In this document: positions 31,727-46,248 of the stretch, one piece after another | How positions within the stretch are numbered: the first letter of the stretch is position 1 | How the letters are laid out: each line of letters opens with the position of its first letter | Origin: the human T2T-CHM13v2.0 reference genome, Homo sapiens | Assembly (NCBI RefSeq): GCF_009914755.1 | Contig: NC_060925.1 | Direction: 5' to 3' (one strand) | DNA length: 64,000 nucleotides | Notes under the pieces: generated by a model | Database searches by the model: none | What the model saw: only the letters and a program-made list of their open reading frames with translations | Told to the model about the DNA's origin: nothing | Translations under genes and position numbers: made by a program

Positions 31727-33255
31727 TGGGAGGGAATTCATCACAGAGCAGCTCCCCCAGCTCCAGCGTGCCCAGTTCCCCAGCCGGCTCTGGGCACACA
31801 CGGCCCAGCTCCCTCCACGGTCTGGCACCCAAGCTCCAACGCCAGTACCGCTCTCCACGGCGCAAGTCAGCAGGCAGCATCCCACTGTCACCACTGGCCC
31901 ACACCCCTTCTCCCCCACCCCCAACAGCTTCACCTCAGCGGTCCCCATCGCCCCTGTCTGGCCATGTAGCCCAGGCCTTTCCCACAAAGCTTCACTTGTC
32001 ACCTCCCCTGGGCAGGCAACTCTCACGGCCCAAGAGTGCGGAGCCACCCCGTTCACCACTACTCAAGAGGGTGCAGTCGGCTGAGAAACTGGCAGCAGCA
32101 CTTGCCGCCTCTGAGAAGAAGCTAGCCACCTCTCGCAAGCACAGCCTTGACCTGCCCCACTCTGAACTAAAGAAGGAACTGCCGCCCAGGGAAGTGAGCC
32201 CTCTGGAGGTAGTTGGAGCCAGGAGTGTGCTGTCTGGCAAGGGGGCCCTGCCAGGGAAGGGGGTGCTGCAGCCTGCTCCCTCACGGGCCCTAGGCACCCT
32301 CCGGCAGGACCGAGCCGAACGACGGGAGTCGCTGCAGAAGCAAGAAGCCATTCGTGAGGTGGACTCCTCAGAGGACGACACCGAGGAAGGGCCTGAGAAC
32401 AGCCAGGGTGCACAGGAGCTGAGCTTGGCACCTCACCCAGAAGTGAGCCAGAGTGTGGCCCCTAAAGGAGCAGGAGAGAGTGGGGAAGAGGATCCTTTCC
32501 CGTCCAGAGACCCTAGGAGCCTGGGCCCAATGGTCCCAAGCCTATTGACAGGGATCACACTGGGGCCTCCCAGAATGGAAAGTCCCAGTGGTCCCCACAG
32601 GAGGCTCGGGAGCCCACAAGCCATTGAGGAGGCTGCCAGCTCCTCCTCAGCAGGCCCCAACCTAGGTCAGTCTGGAGCCACAGACCCCATCCCTCCTGAA
32701 GGTTGCTGGAAGGCCCAGCACCTCCACACCCAGGCACTAACAGCACTTTCTCCCAGCACTTCGGGACTCACCCCCACCAGCAGTTGCTCTCCTCCCAGCT
32801 CCACCTCTGGGAAGCTGAGCATGTGGTCCTGGAAATCCCTTATTGAGGGCCCAGACAGGGCATCCCCAAGCAGAAGGGCAACCATGGCAGGTGGGCTAGC
32901 CAACCTCCAGGATTTGGAAAACACAACTCCAGCCCAGCCTAAGAACCTGTCTCCCAGGGAGCAGGGGAAGACACAGCCACCTAGTGCCCCCAGACTGGCC
33001 CATCCATCTTATGAGGATCCCAGCCAGGGCTGGCTATGGGAGTCTGAGTGTGCACAAGCAGTGAAAGAGGATCCAGCCCTGAGCATCACCCAAGTGCCTG
33101 ATGCCTCAGGTGACAGAAGGCAGGACGTTCCATGCCGAGGCTGCCCCCTCACCCAGAAGTCTGAGCCCAGCCTCAGGAGGGGCCAAGAACCAGGGGGCCA
33201 TCAAAAGCATCGGGATTTGGCATTGGTTCCAGATGAGCTTTTAAAGCAAACATAG
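31727..33255 (+). CDS. MAST2: MAST2 last coding exon ([10 protein letters not shown]...DELLKQT*)
   Basis: acaaag|TG; matches the 509-aa ORF 31726..33255; TAG at 33253-33255. Confidence 0.96.
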
Positions 33256-33395
33256 CAGTTGTTTGCCATTTCTTGCACTCAGACCTGTGTAATATATGCT
33301 CCTGGAAACCATCTTTATGTCTTTTGCTTGCTTGTTTTCCTTCGGTCAACCCACATGTAACTAGGTCCTGTGTTGCTGCTGGGAATATAGTGGTG

Positions 33396-33401
33396 AATAA
33401 A
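33396..33401 (+). terminator. MAST2 polyadenylation signal AATAAA
   Basis: First AATAAA, ~140 nt after the stop codon. Confidence 0.8.
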
Positions 33402-34410
33402 ACAGTTTCCACCACCAGGGGAGGGCCACCTAACCCAGCTTGACTTCCCAAAGGCTTTGACATTTGAGCTCAAACATGAAGAATAGATGATAGGTAGTAG
33501 TTTGCTGGGTGTGGAAGAGTGGAGGTTGGCATAAGAAAGGCTGTCCAGGCAACGTTTAGCACATGCAGTATACCTGGCATAGTCAAGGAACCAAAGATAA
33601 TTCAAAGTAGAAACGGGTCTGGCAAGTGAGGCAAGGGCCATGTCTAATGGTCTTCCAGGAGATTTGACTTCGTGAAGGTGATGGGGAACCAGAAAATACC
33701 ATGTAGCAACTAAAATTCCTTCATAGATAAGGGCACTAAGACTTTGATGCCCATGGTAATACAGTAGCTTGGGTAGAACGGGGGTTAGAACGTAGGTCTC
33801 CCTTGGACTCCAGAACTCACATCTCTCCTAACTAGGATTGCCTCAGCCAGGAAATGAGGAGGGGAAGAAGTGAGAGAAGGCAAAGAGTTTAACTTTGGGT
33901 GCGTTTGAGGTAAAAGAGAAGACAGAAGCAGCAACCAGCAGAGTCATAAAGTCTATGGGAGGAGTTTTAAAATGGACAGAGAAGTTAACGATAAATGCCG
34001 AGGTGAGGGCGAGATTAAAACAGCTGCCAGTCGTATTTAGTAACAAGCCCTTCATAATTGTAGCCAGTGAGCTCTTCCTGGGCTGTTGTAGGTAGAGGCC
34101 TCAGCACTGGAGGTGGATGGACATCGTGTGTGTAGCCCGCATTGAGTAGAACTTCATTTGATGGTAGTGTGGGAGGAAGGGGGAGGACATAAGTGGGACC
34201 AGTGCCAGGGGAGTCAGGAGGTGGCATCACAGGGCAGGCAGTGGGGCTTGGTAGAGCACCAAGGCTTTGTCTCCATAGTGATAGAGGACTTGAGAAACTG
34301 TCTTGCACTGGTTGCACTGATCGTCCCACAATCCAGTGCCTAGGTCTGAAGAAGACGTGTTAGGAGGCCTGAAGACGAAAATGCCTCTGGGCCATTGCCT
34401 GGGAAGGCTG

Positions 34411-34429
34411 TGGCCACCAGAGGGCGCAC
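34411..34429 (+). promoter_or_regulatory. CTCF binding motif
   Basis: TGGCCACCAGAGGGCGCAC versus consensus TGGCCACCAGGGGGCGCTA. Confidence 0.8.
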
Positions 34430-36182
34430 TGTATCCACAGTGGCAGAGCCCATTTATGCAGATATTTGGCCCCTCAGCCTTCTAGTCCTCTCCACTTCTT
34501 CATTCATTCACAGCGGACCCTGGGCTAATGTACCGGGACCTGGGCAGACAGATCACAGGTTGTGAGCTGGAGAATGGCAGGGGCATGGCTGAGGTAGCAA
34601 GTGCCCCGTGCATGTAGGGATCTGGTCAGAAGCACCATACCACAGGTGAAAAGGATGTTGGGAACTGCCCTCCTAGAGGGTTGGAAATGGGGATGGGAGG
34701 AGGAAGCAGAGATGCTAAACATCCTATACCACATTGGGCAACTGCCCCAAGTGTCAGTGGTGTTCCCCTTGAGAAACTGGTGGGATTATCCTGAGGGTAG
34801 TGAAGAGTTTCTAAAAGGTAACTTCAGGGAAGTGGTATTATCATTTGCTTTAGGAAGATCACTCGCTGCAGTATAGAGAGGCTGGAGTGGAGTGAGCGTA
34901 CCACAGAGGATGTAGTGACCCATTTTGGTGGTCTGAACTAGAACAGCAACAGTGAGGAGGTAAGGAAGGAAAGGGTGGGAAGCTGGACATCTAGATTTGG
35001 GAGCCATCAGGAAGTAGAGGGCAATGAAAGCCACAGGAGATGAGGACTGTCCAGGGAACATACGCAGAATGAGGAAGAAGTCCCGAAATACTGGCACTAG
35101 CTGAGGGGGATAGAGCCAGTGAAAAGTTGAAGGTGGGGATTGAGATCCTGAATCAGGGAGAAGCCAGACCATCTAATTTTGTAATTCACCCTAAGATCAA
35201 TGGAGACTTATTTAATGTTTTACATCGGTTCAGATTTGTATTTTGAAAAGATGACTGGTTGCTATAATGAGAATGGATCTGAGGGGGACAAGAATGGAAG
35301 AAGGGGGGCCTTCCAGGATGAAGGGTGCAGATGGTAGTGAAGCAGTGAAGTTAGAAGTGATGTTTTGATTGACACTTGGTGAAGGACTTTAGGTATGAAG
35401 CAGAGGGCTATCAAGGATGATGACTGACTACATTTTTGACTTATATAACCAGATGAATTGTATTTCCATTCACCGAAATAAGAAACAAGGAAGAGAACCA
35501 GGGCTAAGTAGTTCAGTGCTGCATTCCATACGCTAAATATGAAGTAGCTTCCAATAGAGGTCTGGGCAAATGAAATAAACAGATGTAATCAGCCTAGAGA
35601 TGGTAGGTGGATTCATGGCTGTGGATAAAACTGCCAGGTAAAATGGCATTGAGAACTGAAGGAATCCAGGAGATGTAAAAGAACAGTCAGATGTCAGAAG
35701 AATATTAGATTAGTGAGTTGTGATAGAGTCCATGAAGGAGCTTTCCATGGACAGGATAGTTAACAGCGATGGTTATTGAAGGCATCAAGAAAAGCAGTTT
35801 CAAACAGTGGTGGAACCAGTACTGAAATATTTGAGATGGGGAAATAAGGAAATTTAAGACAGTTCTTTCCAAAGGCTTGGCTTTGAAGAGGAGAAAAGAG
35901 ATAAAAGTATATGGGATGATTGAGTAGGGATTAGGGGAGTAGAATGAGAACCAACCAACCATGTTTAAGTGTCAGTGGAAATGATCCAGTTGAAGTAGAG
36001 AAAGAATTGATCTTAATCTTGGGAGATTCCTGAGGTGGAAGAAAATAGATTCCAAAATACATGTGGAAGGATTGACTTTAGTTGGAGGGGACTATTGTAA
36101 TTTAACAGATGGGAGGGAGAATAGTTATGTAGATATAGATAAGGTTGTAGGTTTGGTGGTAGGAAGGTGAGGAAATTCATAG

Positions 36183-36573
<391 letters not shown>

Positions 36574-37334
36574 TAGAGTTCAGAAGAAAGAACTGGGAAG
36601 GAGCTAGGAATTTGAGCATCCTAAACACAGAAGTGCGAACAACTCTGGGATTAGGAGAAATCCGTAGTTCCTGGCAGTGGTCTTGGGATGCTGTGTAGCT
36701 AAAGTGTAGTGGGGAGAAAAGACATAGGCAAGGTCACTTAGAACAACAGGCGGTTCCCTGCCCAATCTGACTTATTTATAATTGAGTACACATGGGTGGG
36801 GCCTGAGACATGGATGAGCGCTGCAATATCCTATGCAACAAGAGGTTATCGCATGTTGGCTCATTACGTTCCCAGAATACAGGAAGCTCAACAGTGTGCC
36901 TTGGCAGGAGATGACAAGGGCCTGGGGCAATAAGAGGATAGATTATAAAGCTGGGCCCATTTCCCCCTCCCCCAGAGTAGAATGTGGAAACACTTCATTC
37001 TGGGCAGAAATATGAGAACCAATAAACAGCTTATTAGGAGTGGGCAGTGAGGTGTGGAGGAAATGGCATTCAGTTTTAATTTTCTCAGAGTCAGTATCTA
37101 AGACTTCCTGTGTCTGTGTTCGGTGGACAGGACTCTGGCATCATGCCTAGTTGGAGTCAATGTCCTCCCCTAGGAAGAAAAGAGCCTCTGGCTGCCCCAG
37201 TACTAGTCTTTTGGTGCTTACTGGAGAGAAGGTTTGGAAGTTTCAAGGGCTGTTCAACACCTGAGTACTCTTCTCTCTTGACCCCCACTCTGCCCCCAGC
37301 CCACCCCCTTCATAGCATGAAGACAAAAAATTAC

Positions 37335-37354
37335 TTTATTGCAATGTCTTTATT
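37335..37354 (-). terminator. PIK3R3 tandem poly(A) signals (two AATAAA on the - strand)
   Basis: tttatt at 37335-37340 and 37349-37354, followed on the - strand by U/GU-rich TTTTTTGTCTT. Confidence 0.8.
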
Positions 37355-40300
37355 GCATTACTGGAGCAAGTTGGCCAGACTGTCCCCTCTTGGGGAAGGT
37401 ATTAAACAAAAAGACCAATAAGTATCTCCTCTCGCCTTTCCCCCTACCCTCCCCAACAATTGCACAGCAATGTCTGAACACATCTGGTGACAAGAACAAT
37501 TTGTAAAGTGGTCTAGCAACTACATTATGAACTGTCCCATCACAAGACATACAGTTGGCTTTCTTGTGAGTCAGATATTTTTACGTAAACTACACGAATT
37601 TTCTTGGACACATCAAAGACAACAGAATAGATTTTTCACAAGTAACGGCACCAAAGTCACATGCTGGAATTTGTAAGGAAACGAGGTTGTTTGCCACAAG
37701 TGGCTGGAGCTAAAGCAGGTTTGAGCAGTTGGCAGCAGAGGGCCCAAGCAGGCCCCCTATCTGGACCCTCTGGTTTCTGAGGCCACTGAAGCCTCACAGA
37801 GGCCTACTCTGGGTTGTTAAATAGCAGCAGAGACCACCTTAGAAAACAGGAATTGCCCAGGTGCAATTCTCAGTTTAAGAGAACACATGGGGCTGATTAC
37901 TTGTAGCAAAAAAGAGACCCGTGGAAGACACATTGGCTCTCAAAGCTTCTTCAAAGCACATGAGGCCTAAATAAGTGGAGGTCCCATCAAGGCTTGGAGA
38001 GGGAGTGAAAGTGTTGGGAGGGCCTCATTCTTGGCCAGATCAGTGGTAAGGACGCAGGCAGTCTATCCAGGCCCGAATCATGGCGTGCCATCTAAGGCCA
38101 GGTGGAGACAACACTGTTCTGTGATGAAAGCTTCACCTGGAAACAATGGGCCTAGTACCTGTGTCCAGCCAGCCCCAAGCTGCTTGCATGTCAGTAGCTG
38201 GGTTCTCTAGCCAGGGGTATAATGAACCCCTCTGATCTTGGTCTCTCTTTGCCCTCTGCCTCATTGAAACTGCAGTTAAGATGCCAAGACAGTCCCAGGG
38301 TCCAGATCATGGGACAGGACATGGCACTAGACTCTCATGAAGGAGGCCAAGACCTGCTCCCAAGTCATGGGCGTAGAGAAGCACCTTGCTACCCTCTCCC
38401 CCTCTACACACCAGGCCCAGTGGGTAGTAGACTGGTCCCTATGCCATTTCCACAGGCTCAGGGTCAAGCAAGTCATGTGGCAACTGGTCAGAAAAGATAC
38501 TGTCAAACCTCTCAAATGACCCCTGGGTCTTAGATCCCACAAAACAATGAATTCAAGAATGAAAAAAAAAATGAAGGAATGTAGGACTGAAAAAAAGCAG
38601 CCCTTCTCCACAAGCCAGCCCAAGTGTAGATAAAGATGGTACTTGGTCTCTCCCTGCACACCGCTGGTGTCTGCCCAACAAGGAGCAGACACATTACTGA
38701 ATACTACAGCCCTGTATCTGTATTTCCATTTTGGTTTAAAAGACACTCAGAACACACTGAAATTTTAGTACCAGATGGGAGGGATTCCTTGCACGTAATC
38801 TTGAGCATCCACCTGCTTCAGCAGGTTCAACACCAGGTGCAAAGCCATCCAGGTGTGCCCAACAGCAATTAGCTTGGTATTATTCAGTAAAACTTTCAGT
38901 TAAGATTTCAATTGACAGTTTGGGGAAGGGATGTGCTGGCTATTAGTTAAATGACTTTAGAGGGGGGTTCATTTGTCTCTGTCTCACCCAATCCTGAAAC
39001 TGCAGTGTAACCAAGAAAAAGCCAAAGAGAAGCACTTCCCTTTCTATCCTCGTCACTAGTAACTGGAGGTTTTTCCAAAATTAAAAATCTGTGTCTACAT
39101 CATGGTCCATATTTTAGACCCTGTCATGGAAATAAGTGCTCAGGTAAACTAATATTTTTCTTTCACCCCCAGAACTAGAGCTTTCCTAGCTGTAAGCCTT
39201 ATAAACCAAGATGCAGGTACTGGCTTCTCTAGCTCAGCCAGGGTGCCTGACTGCACAGCTTTGGGTTCAAACAGCTGACTCACTCTGAGCCTATTATGGT
39301 CCCAGGATTGGCTCAGAGGCAGCTGGACTCTATTTGTCAAATGAGTGTTGACTGATGGGTGTGGGGCATGATGGGGGCAGGAATAGATGCCTGCCCCCAC
39401 TCCATTTGCCTAGCTTCACTCAGCTGGAAGGCTTAAGCCACATGGAGCAGAAGATTCCTGGCCTAAAATCAAGGCCACTGGAGCAGGAGGGCAGACTGCA
39501 CATAGCCTTAATGGCAGGATCACAAAAAAAGGCAAAGAGAAAAGCTTCCAGATGGCTTCTACTAACAGTCTAAACACTAAGCCATCTTCTCTCCCTGCAA
39601 AAGCTTCAGAAACCACTGTATGGAAGCACATGTGTAATGTGGTGTGACTCTCACCCTGGACCACAGGGCCCCTGGGTCTGTGATTTACTGAGGCACCTGA
39701 CCACAATCTGACTCCCCTCCTTAGCAACCTATAGCTCCCAAAACCCCATCCAGCAAAGGAGGGGGAAATGAAGGGAAATTAAACCATGTTTACTATTTCT
39801 GCAGGGCCTTTAAACTTGGGGAAGCACATATAATAATGTTGTTCTATATTGTTATTTGGTATATCAAGCCATCTAAAAGCACTGCATTGCACCTTTTCTT
39901 TACTCATACAAACAAGTTACAAAGGTTTCAAACAACAGATCATTCTTTAGGCTAAGGAAACACCATACAAGCACCAACTTCATTTTATGATTCAAAGCTC
40001 ACCATCCCCACAAAAAGAATGCTATTCCTCATCTCAGAGAAACAGGCAGGAAGGACAGAAGGGGTTAGTTACAGTGATCAATTTTAGCGTTTGCTAAAAC
40101 TCACAAATTCTAGTCTTTTTATGTTCAAGTTTTGGTACAGAAGTATACATTCAACTATGAGTGCCACGTTTTCCCATCAAACATTGGTCTGGCAACAAAC
40201 TGTTTTGTTGGCTTCTGAACATAATACTTCTTCAGAGGGAGGGGCTGGTGAGATGCTGAAGCCTAAATTATGTTGGTAAGAAACAAAGTACCTTCAGTTG

Positions 40301-40864
40301 AAGGTTTTTTTTTATCATCTTGGCTTAGATTATTTAAATGAAATCCCAAGCCTCCCCATTTTCCTTTGGTTGTCTTTTTCATCAAATCCCATTCTATCAC
40401 AAAACCTAAACAGCCTTCTTCGTGGGGGGAAGAGAGACTGCCAAAGCAAAACACAACTCCCAGCAGAGCCATGCCCCTGCTGCACTCTCAAGAGTTAGAT
40501 TTTAAAAAGACATGGTCTCTTCAGAGGCTTCCAAATACAACCCCACCCGCTATAACCATCAAGCCTAATATTCTGTTGAGGGTGTCTGGCTAAACAAAAC
40601 AAAAACCCCAATGAAACAGACTTTCAAAAAAAACATCTGCTTCCAGCTTAGTATGTCAGTGCAGCGGCATGGCTGAGTCCTAGAGAACCTCAGGCCTCTA
40701 ATGCCCCCATCCCGGCCGGCTGCTGCTCGGCCTCTCCACTTCACATTCACAAAATCACTTCTTGTGCAAAACAAGCAGTCTATGTAGAAAGAATGCCCTC
40801 ATCGTAGTCTAATAAAAACTGTAGAAAAAAATGCCAGAGAACCACCTCTCTTCCCACTTCCTCT

Positions 40865-41063
40865 TTATCTGCAAAGCGAGGGCATCTGTGCATGAACAGG
40901 GTAGGCAAGCCTGACGTTGAGGGAGTCGTTGTGCTGAACCAAGGATGTCTGCTGGTAATGGAGCACTAGCTCCTTCAGAGAGCTGTACAGGTTGTAGGGC
41001 TCTGCAAAGCCATAGCCCCGAGCAGTGCTGTAGATCACACAGTGCTTCACTTCCCCATCGGCC
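40865..41063 (-). CDS. PIK3R3: PIK3R3 last coding exon ([11 protein letters not shown]...QMPSLCR*)
   Basis: - strand ttgcag|GGCC; TAA at 40865-40867. Confidence 0.96.
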
Positions 41064-41261
41064 CTGCAATGACAAACCACAGAAGAAATGTTAAGGTAGG
41101 TAACAATAGATAAAAGGACACTAAATGGCCAGAAGTCTGAGAGCAATTGTTATGCAAACAAGTGTTTTTTGTTAACCAGGCAAAGCTTGTGAAATTGCGT
41201 TCCCATTCCCTACAGACTTGGCCACAGATACGGGTGTTAAAACAACCACAAATGTAAGGGT

Positions 41262-41566
41262 TTATTTATTTCTTTTTTTTTTTTTTAGACAGGGTCTCGC
41301 TCTATCACGAAAGCTAGGGTACAGTGGCTTGATTACAGCTCACTGCAGCCTTGAACTCCTGGGCTCAAGTGATCCTCCCACCACAGCTTCCCAAGTAGCC
41401 GGGACTACAGGTGTGAGCCACATGCCCAGCTACTTTTTTATTTTTAGTAGAAATGGGGTCTTGCTATGTTGCCCAGGCTGGTCGTGAACTCCTGGGCTCA
41501 AGGAATCCTCCTGCCTTAGCCTATTAAAATGCTGGGATTACAGGTGTGAGCCACCACGCCCAGCCA
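41262..41566 (-). mobile_element. AluJ
   Basis: Antisense Alu dimer. Confidence 0.88.
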
Positions 41567-42808
41567 AGGGTAGTTTTTGATTAATCAGTTTATGTAAGGA
41601 CTGCAGCCAAGTCCTGAACCTACAGGCTGCCACCCAATAACCTGAGTGACAGTGAGCGACTGGGCTTACTGCCTTCCTTCTTTTTATTATTCTTAGAAGA
41701 TCCTAAGTCTTACAAGAACCATTCTCGCCTACATTTCCACTCAGATAACTTCAACAGCCCAAGTCAAGGAGAAATGAAATGTTGCAAGTAGTTCTATCCT
41801 TGGATAACAGTAATCCAATGCACTTTTCAACTCCTCCCCCATTTTCTGCCCATAAGACATCCCATTCATCTTTTTGAGGTCCATCTCAGATACCTTTTCC
41901 ACAAAACCTCCCAATCCGCTCTTTCTCCACTAAAATTAATGCTTCCACATGTGCACAGCCTACTAATAATACTTATTTCACAGTGGTTCTATTCATTGTG
42001 GATATTTGGTGAAATGAAAAAAGCCTGGTGCAATAGAAAAATGTGGGTTTTGAAACCAGGTAAACTTGGATTCAAACTCTGACTCCATGGTACAAGTAGA
42101 GCACTATGAACAAGATGATCACATAAAGCACTGAGCAGTCTGTTAATATGAATGCCTTTCGTCTACCTTCTCCACCTTGCCCTCTAAGGGCACAATCATT
42201 TTGTCACTTTGTTTGACTTCTGCCACATCCATCAGTAGCATCATCATCATATTAGTAGGTGACATTTACTTCTTATGTCCCTGCACTGTTAAAAGCATAT
42301 TGTATTACACAGATTAACTCATTTAATCCTCACAAAAACCCTAAAGTAGGTATTATCCTTATTTTACAGATAAGGAAACTGGGCAAAGAAAGATTAAGTA
42401 ATTTACCCAAAGTTACCCAGCTAGTAAGCAGTAGAGCCAGGAGCTGAACCCAGTATATCTGGCACCATCATAACTCTTTTCTAAGTGTGGCTTTTGTCAG
42501 TGAAGATGTTTGCCTTCTTAAAGAATATATTCCACACTCAGGCAAAAATCTGACTGAAGCACAGTTAGTTATCCCCAAAATTTCACTTTCCATTAAAAGG
42601 AAAATAGGCTTTTCTCAAAAAAGTCACGATTATCTTACGGAAAACACGCCCACATTTCCTGTCACTACATCAACAGAATAATATGTAATTTAAAATTTTA
42701 GATAGAGTTTTCCTTCTGAAGTAAAAACAGTTCTATTTAATCAAGCTTTTCCTAATCTGACACTGGAGACCATACTAGACATATAGGATACTACTAAACA
42801 ATTAAGTG

Positions 42809-42839
<31 letters not shown>

Positions 42840-43112
42840 CAATTTAAGATCTCACATTACCTTTCACAGACACCTGAAATCCAACAGCAATACTGCGGGG
42901 CCTAATCTACTTACCACGTAAATTAAAACTCCAAGATAATTTCAGATATCATTTCTCATAAAGCTGGGTTTTTTTGTACTAATAGTTATGGTCCGAGCCA
43001 TGGGTCCTCCTTACTGTACATTAACTAATTTCATCTGAATTTTATGAGGGGTTGATTTTATAATAATTGATGCAAAAGATTTCAAAAGGTTATATCCCCA
43101 GAGAAGACTTAC

Positions 43113-43283
43113 ACCACAGAGCAAGCATAGCATCCTTTCTTGCTACTCTCACGAATTAAGAATGCACCATCAGGTTTCCCATAAAGCAAGTCCTCTGCTT
43201 GTACTCGATTGATATCCTCAACAAACCAGGTTTTCTCATCATAATGGGGCAGGTTTTCATCTTCCTCATTGATAAAATAGTTC
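43113..43283 (-). CDS. PIK3R3: PIK3R3 exon ([13 protein letters not shown]...[18 protein letters not shown]), cSH2
   Basis: tttag|G...GT|gtaag; 171 nt. Confidence 0.96.
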
Positions 43284-43745
43284 CTAAAAATTAAATATTA
43301 GTATATTATTCTAACAAGTTACTTCTATCTAAAAGCAAATTCATAAATAAAACACTCTTCTAAATCTTTAAACCACAAATAACAAAGCAAAATTGCAATT
43401 ATTTGGGTGTTAACTTCATTACTTGCTATGGTGCATAAAGCAAAGAATTCATGTTTCATCCAATAAGCTGAAATATGAACATCTGAATAAAAGTGCTTTT
43501 ACAGCCAGATTTTGGGTAGCTATACTCAAAGTAGCTTACACATCCAGATTTTGAGTTCAGAAGCAGGTCTCTGAACTCCAGTGCCTATAGGGTACCTTCA
43601 GGCAATTCAATTCAAAAGATAGTCAAAGTTCTAGATTCAATGTCCTCAAGTGACAATGACAACCAATATTTACCACGTATAAACAAGGCGCATGTCTTAT
43701 ATTGATAACAAAGCCCTCTGACAGAAAGGTATAGAGAGAACTTAC

Positions 43746-43820
43746 TCATCAGCATCCTCATTCTTAATTCCCAGCCAGACATTCAGGCGTTTCTGTCTCA
43801 CTCCTTTGTGATTGAGCCAT
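43746..43820 (-). CDS. PIK3R3: PIK3R3 exon ([24 protein letters not shown])
   Basis: ggcag|A...GA|gtaag; 75 nt. Confidence 0.95.
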
Positions 43821-44310
43821 CTGCCAGAGGAAAGACACCAGTGTCAGTATCCATGCAAACTCTGACTGGACAAAGTAGGTATGTCTGAGCCAACTAAACT
43901 TCTAGAGTCTAGACACCTCTTGTTTTTCCTAATCCCACAGAATGGGCAAAGATTTCCCAAAATTAGTCTCTCGATTACTTTTCTTTCAACTACTATCAAG
44001 ATGAACTGATCTTTTCCAGAAAAAGGCAGAAACATAGAGGGCTACTTGAAATTAGGCCCTTCACTTTTCATTTTTCTTTTCTGGAGGATGTGCCACCACA
44101 AGCACACACATACTCGCACTCACAGTGGGACATTTGTTTCTGAAAACATTAGGTTAGCATGGTGTCACATTTGCAATCTCCACTAAGCCTGAGGACACAC
44201 TTCCTGTGTGACCTACTGAATTGAGTTTAATATTTTAACTAAAAACTTCAAGATCTATTTTTGCATTTAAGCAGGCCACAAGAAATTCAGGGTGGCAATC
44301 TGAGTAATTA

Positions 44311-45330
<1,020 letters not shown>

Positions 45331-46248
45331 TAATGAAAGTGGTCTGTCCTGTTCATGGCTATGTTGCCAATTATTAAAACAGCACATGCACATAGACATT
45401 CAATTGTCAGTAAATATTTGCTGGTGGGCTGCTTTTAACAAAATCTTCACAACTCCAGGATCATCCTGTATCTCCCCAAGTATACAAGATAACTTGGCAT
45501 CACACCTAATTTTAAAGTTCTGTTAGACAGATTTCACAGTCTTTCTCAGTAAGAATTGCCCTTTAGTTAACTTGGATTTCATTTTTTATTCTTAGCAAAA
45601 CTGGAAAATAGATAATATGTGATCTTGATACAACTGATTTAGTAACAAACCCCCTCCCCCACACCATCGCGTCTGTCATCAAAATATCCAGATGCCCTCC
45701 TCTAAGCATTCTTATCACCCGAAGTTTTCTATCCTTAAAGAAACTGACCTTCTCTTTATCAAAGAAATATGCACACTGGGTAAAAAAGTGTGAGTTGAAT
45801 GAATGCACCACATTTTCTCTTGAATCCCCATTTTCTTTTAACCACCAACCTCTTTAAACTGAGCCTCCCTTTCTGCCACACACAATGTTAGGAACTCATT
45901 TCCTAACACTTTCCTAATTGAAAAAAAAAAGAAAAAGAAAAATTGCTTTTGCTCCACCCTCCATTTATGATGGTGCCTACCTTCTGACTTAGGCAACTTT
46001 TCCAATCTCCTAAAAGTCCATTTCAAAGACTTATCTAGTTCTGAGTCCTTACAAACGTATTAACAATGCCAGGAGTTGATTAGATTTTAAAAACCATTTT
46101 CAAAAACCTCAAATAGCTTTAGTAAATACGTTAATTCACATTTAATGTTATCGAATCATGCACTGATCACAAATAGATGCAATAAATTCTACAGGAAAAA
46201 TCTGAGGCAAAACATTCAAAGACCTAACATCCAGCTCTGATTCTGTTG

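Noticed and set aside
31595-32924. Alternative-frame and antisense ORFs (up to 161 aa) over the MAST2 last exon
   Set aside because: Expected shadows of GC-rich, stop-poor coding sequence.
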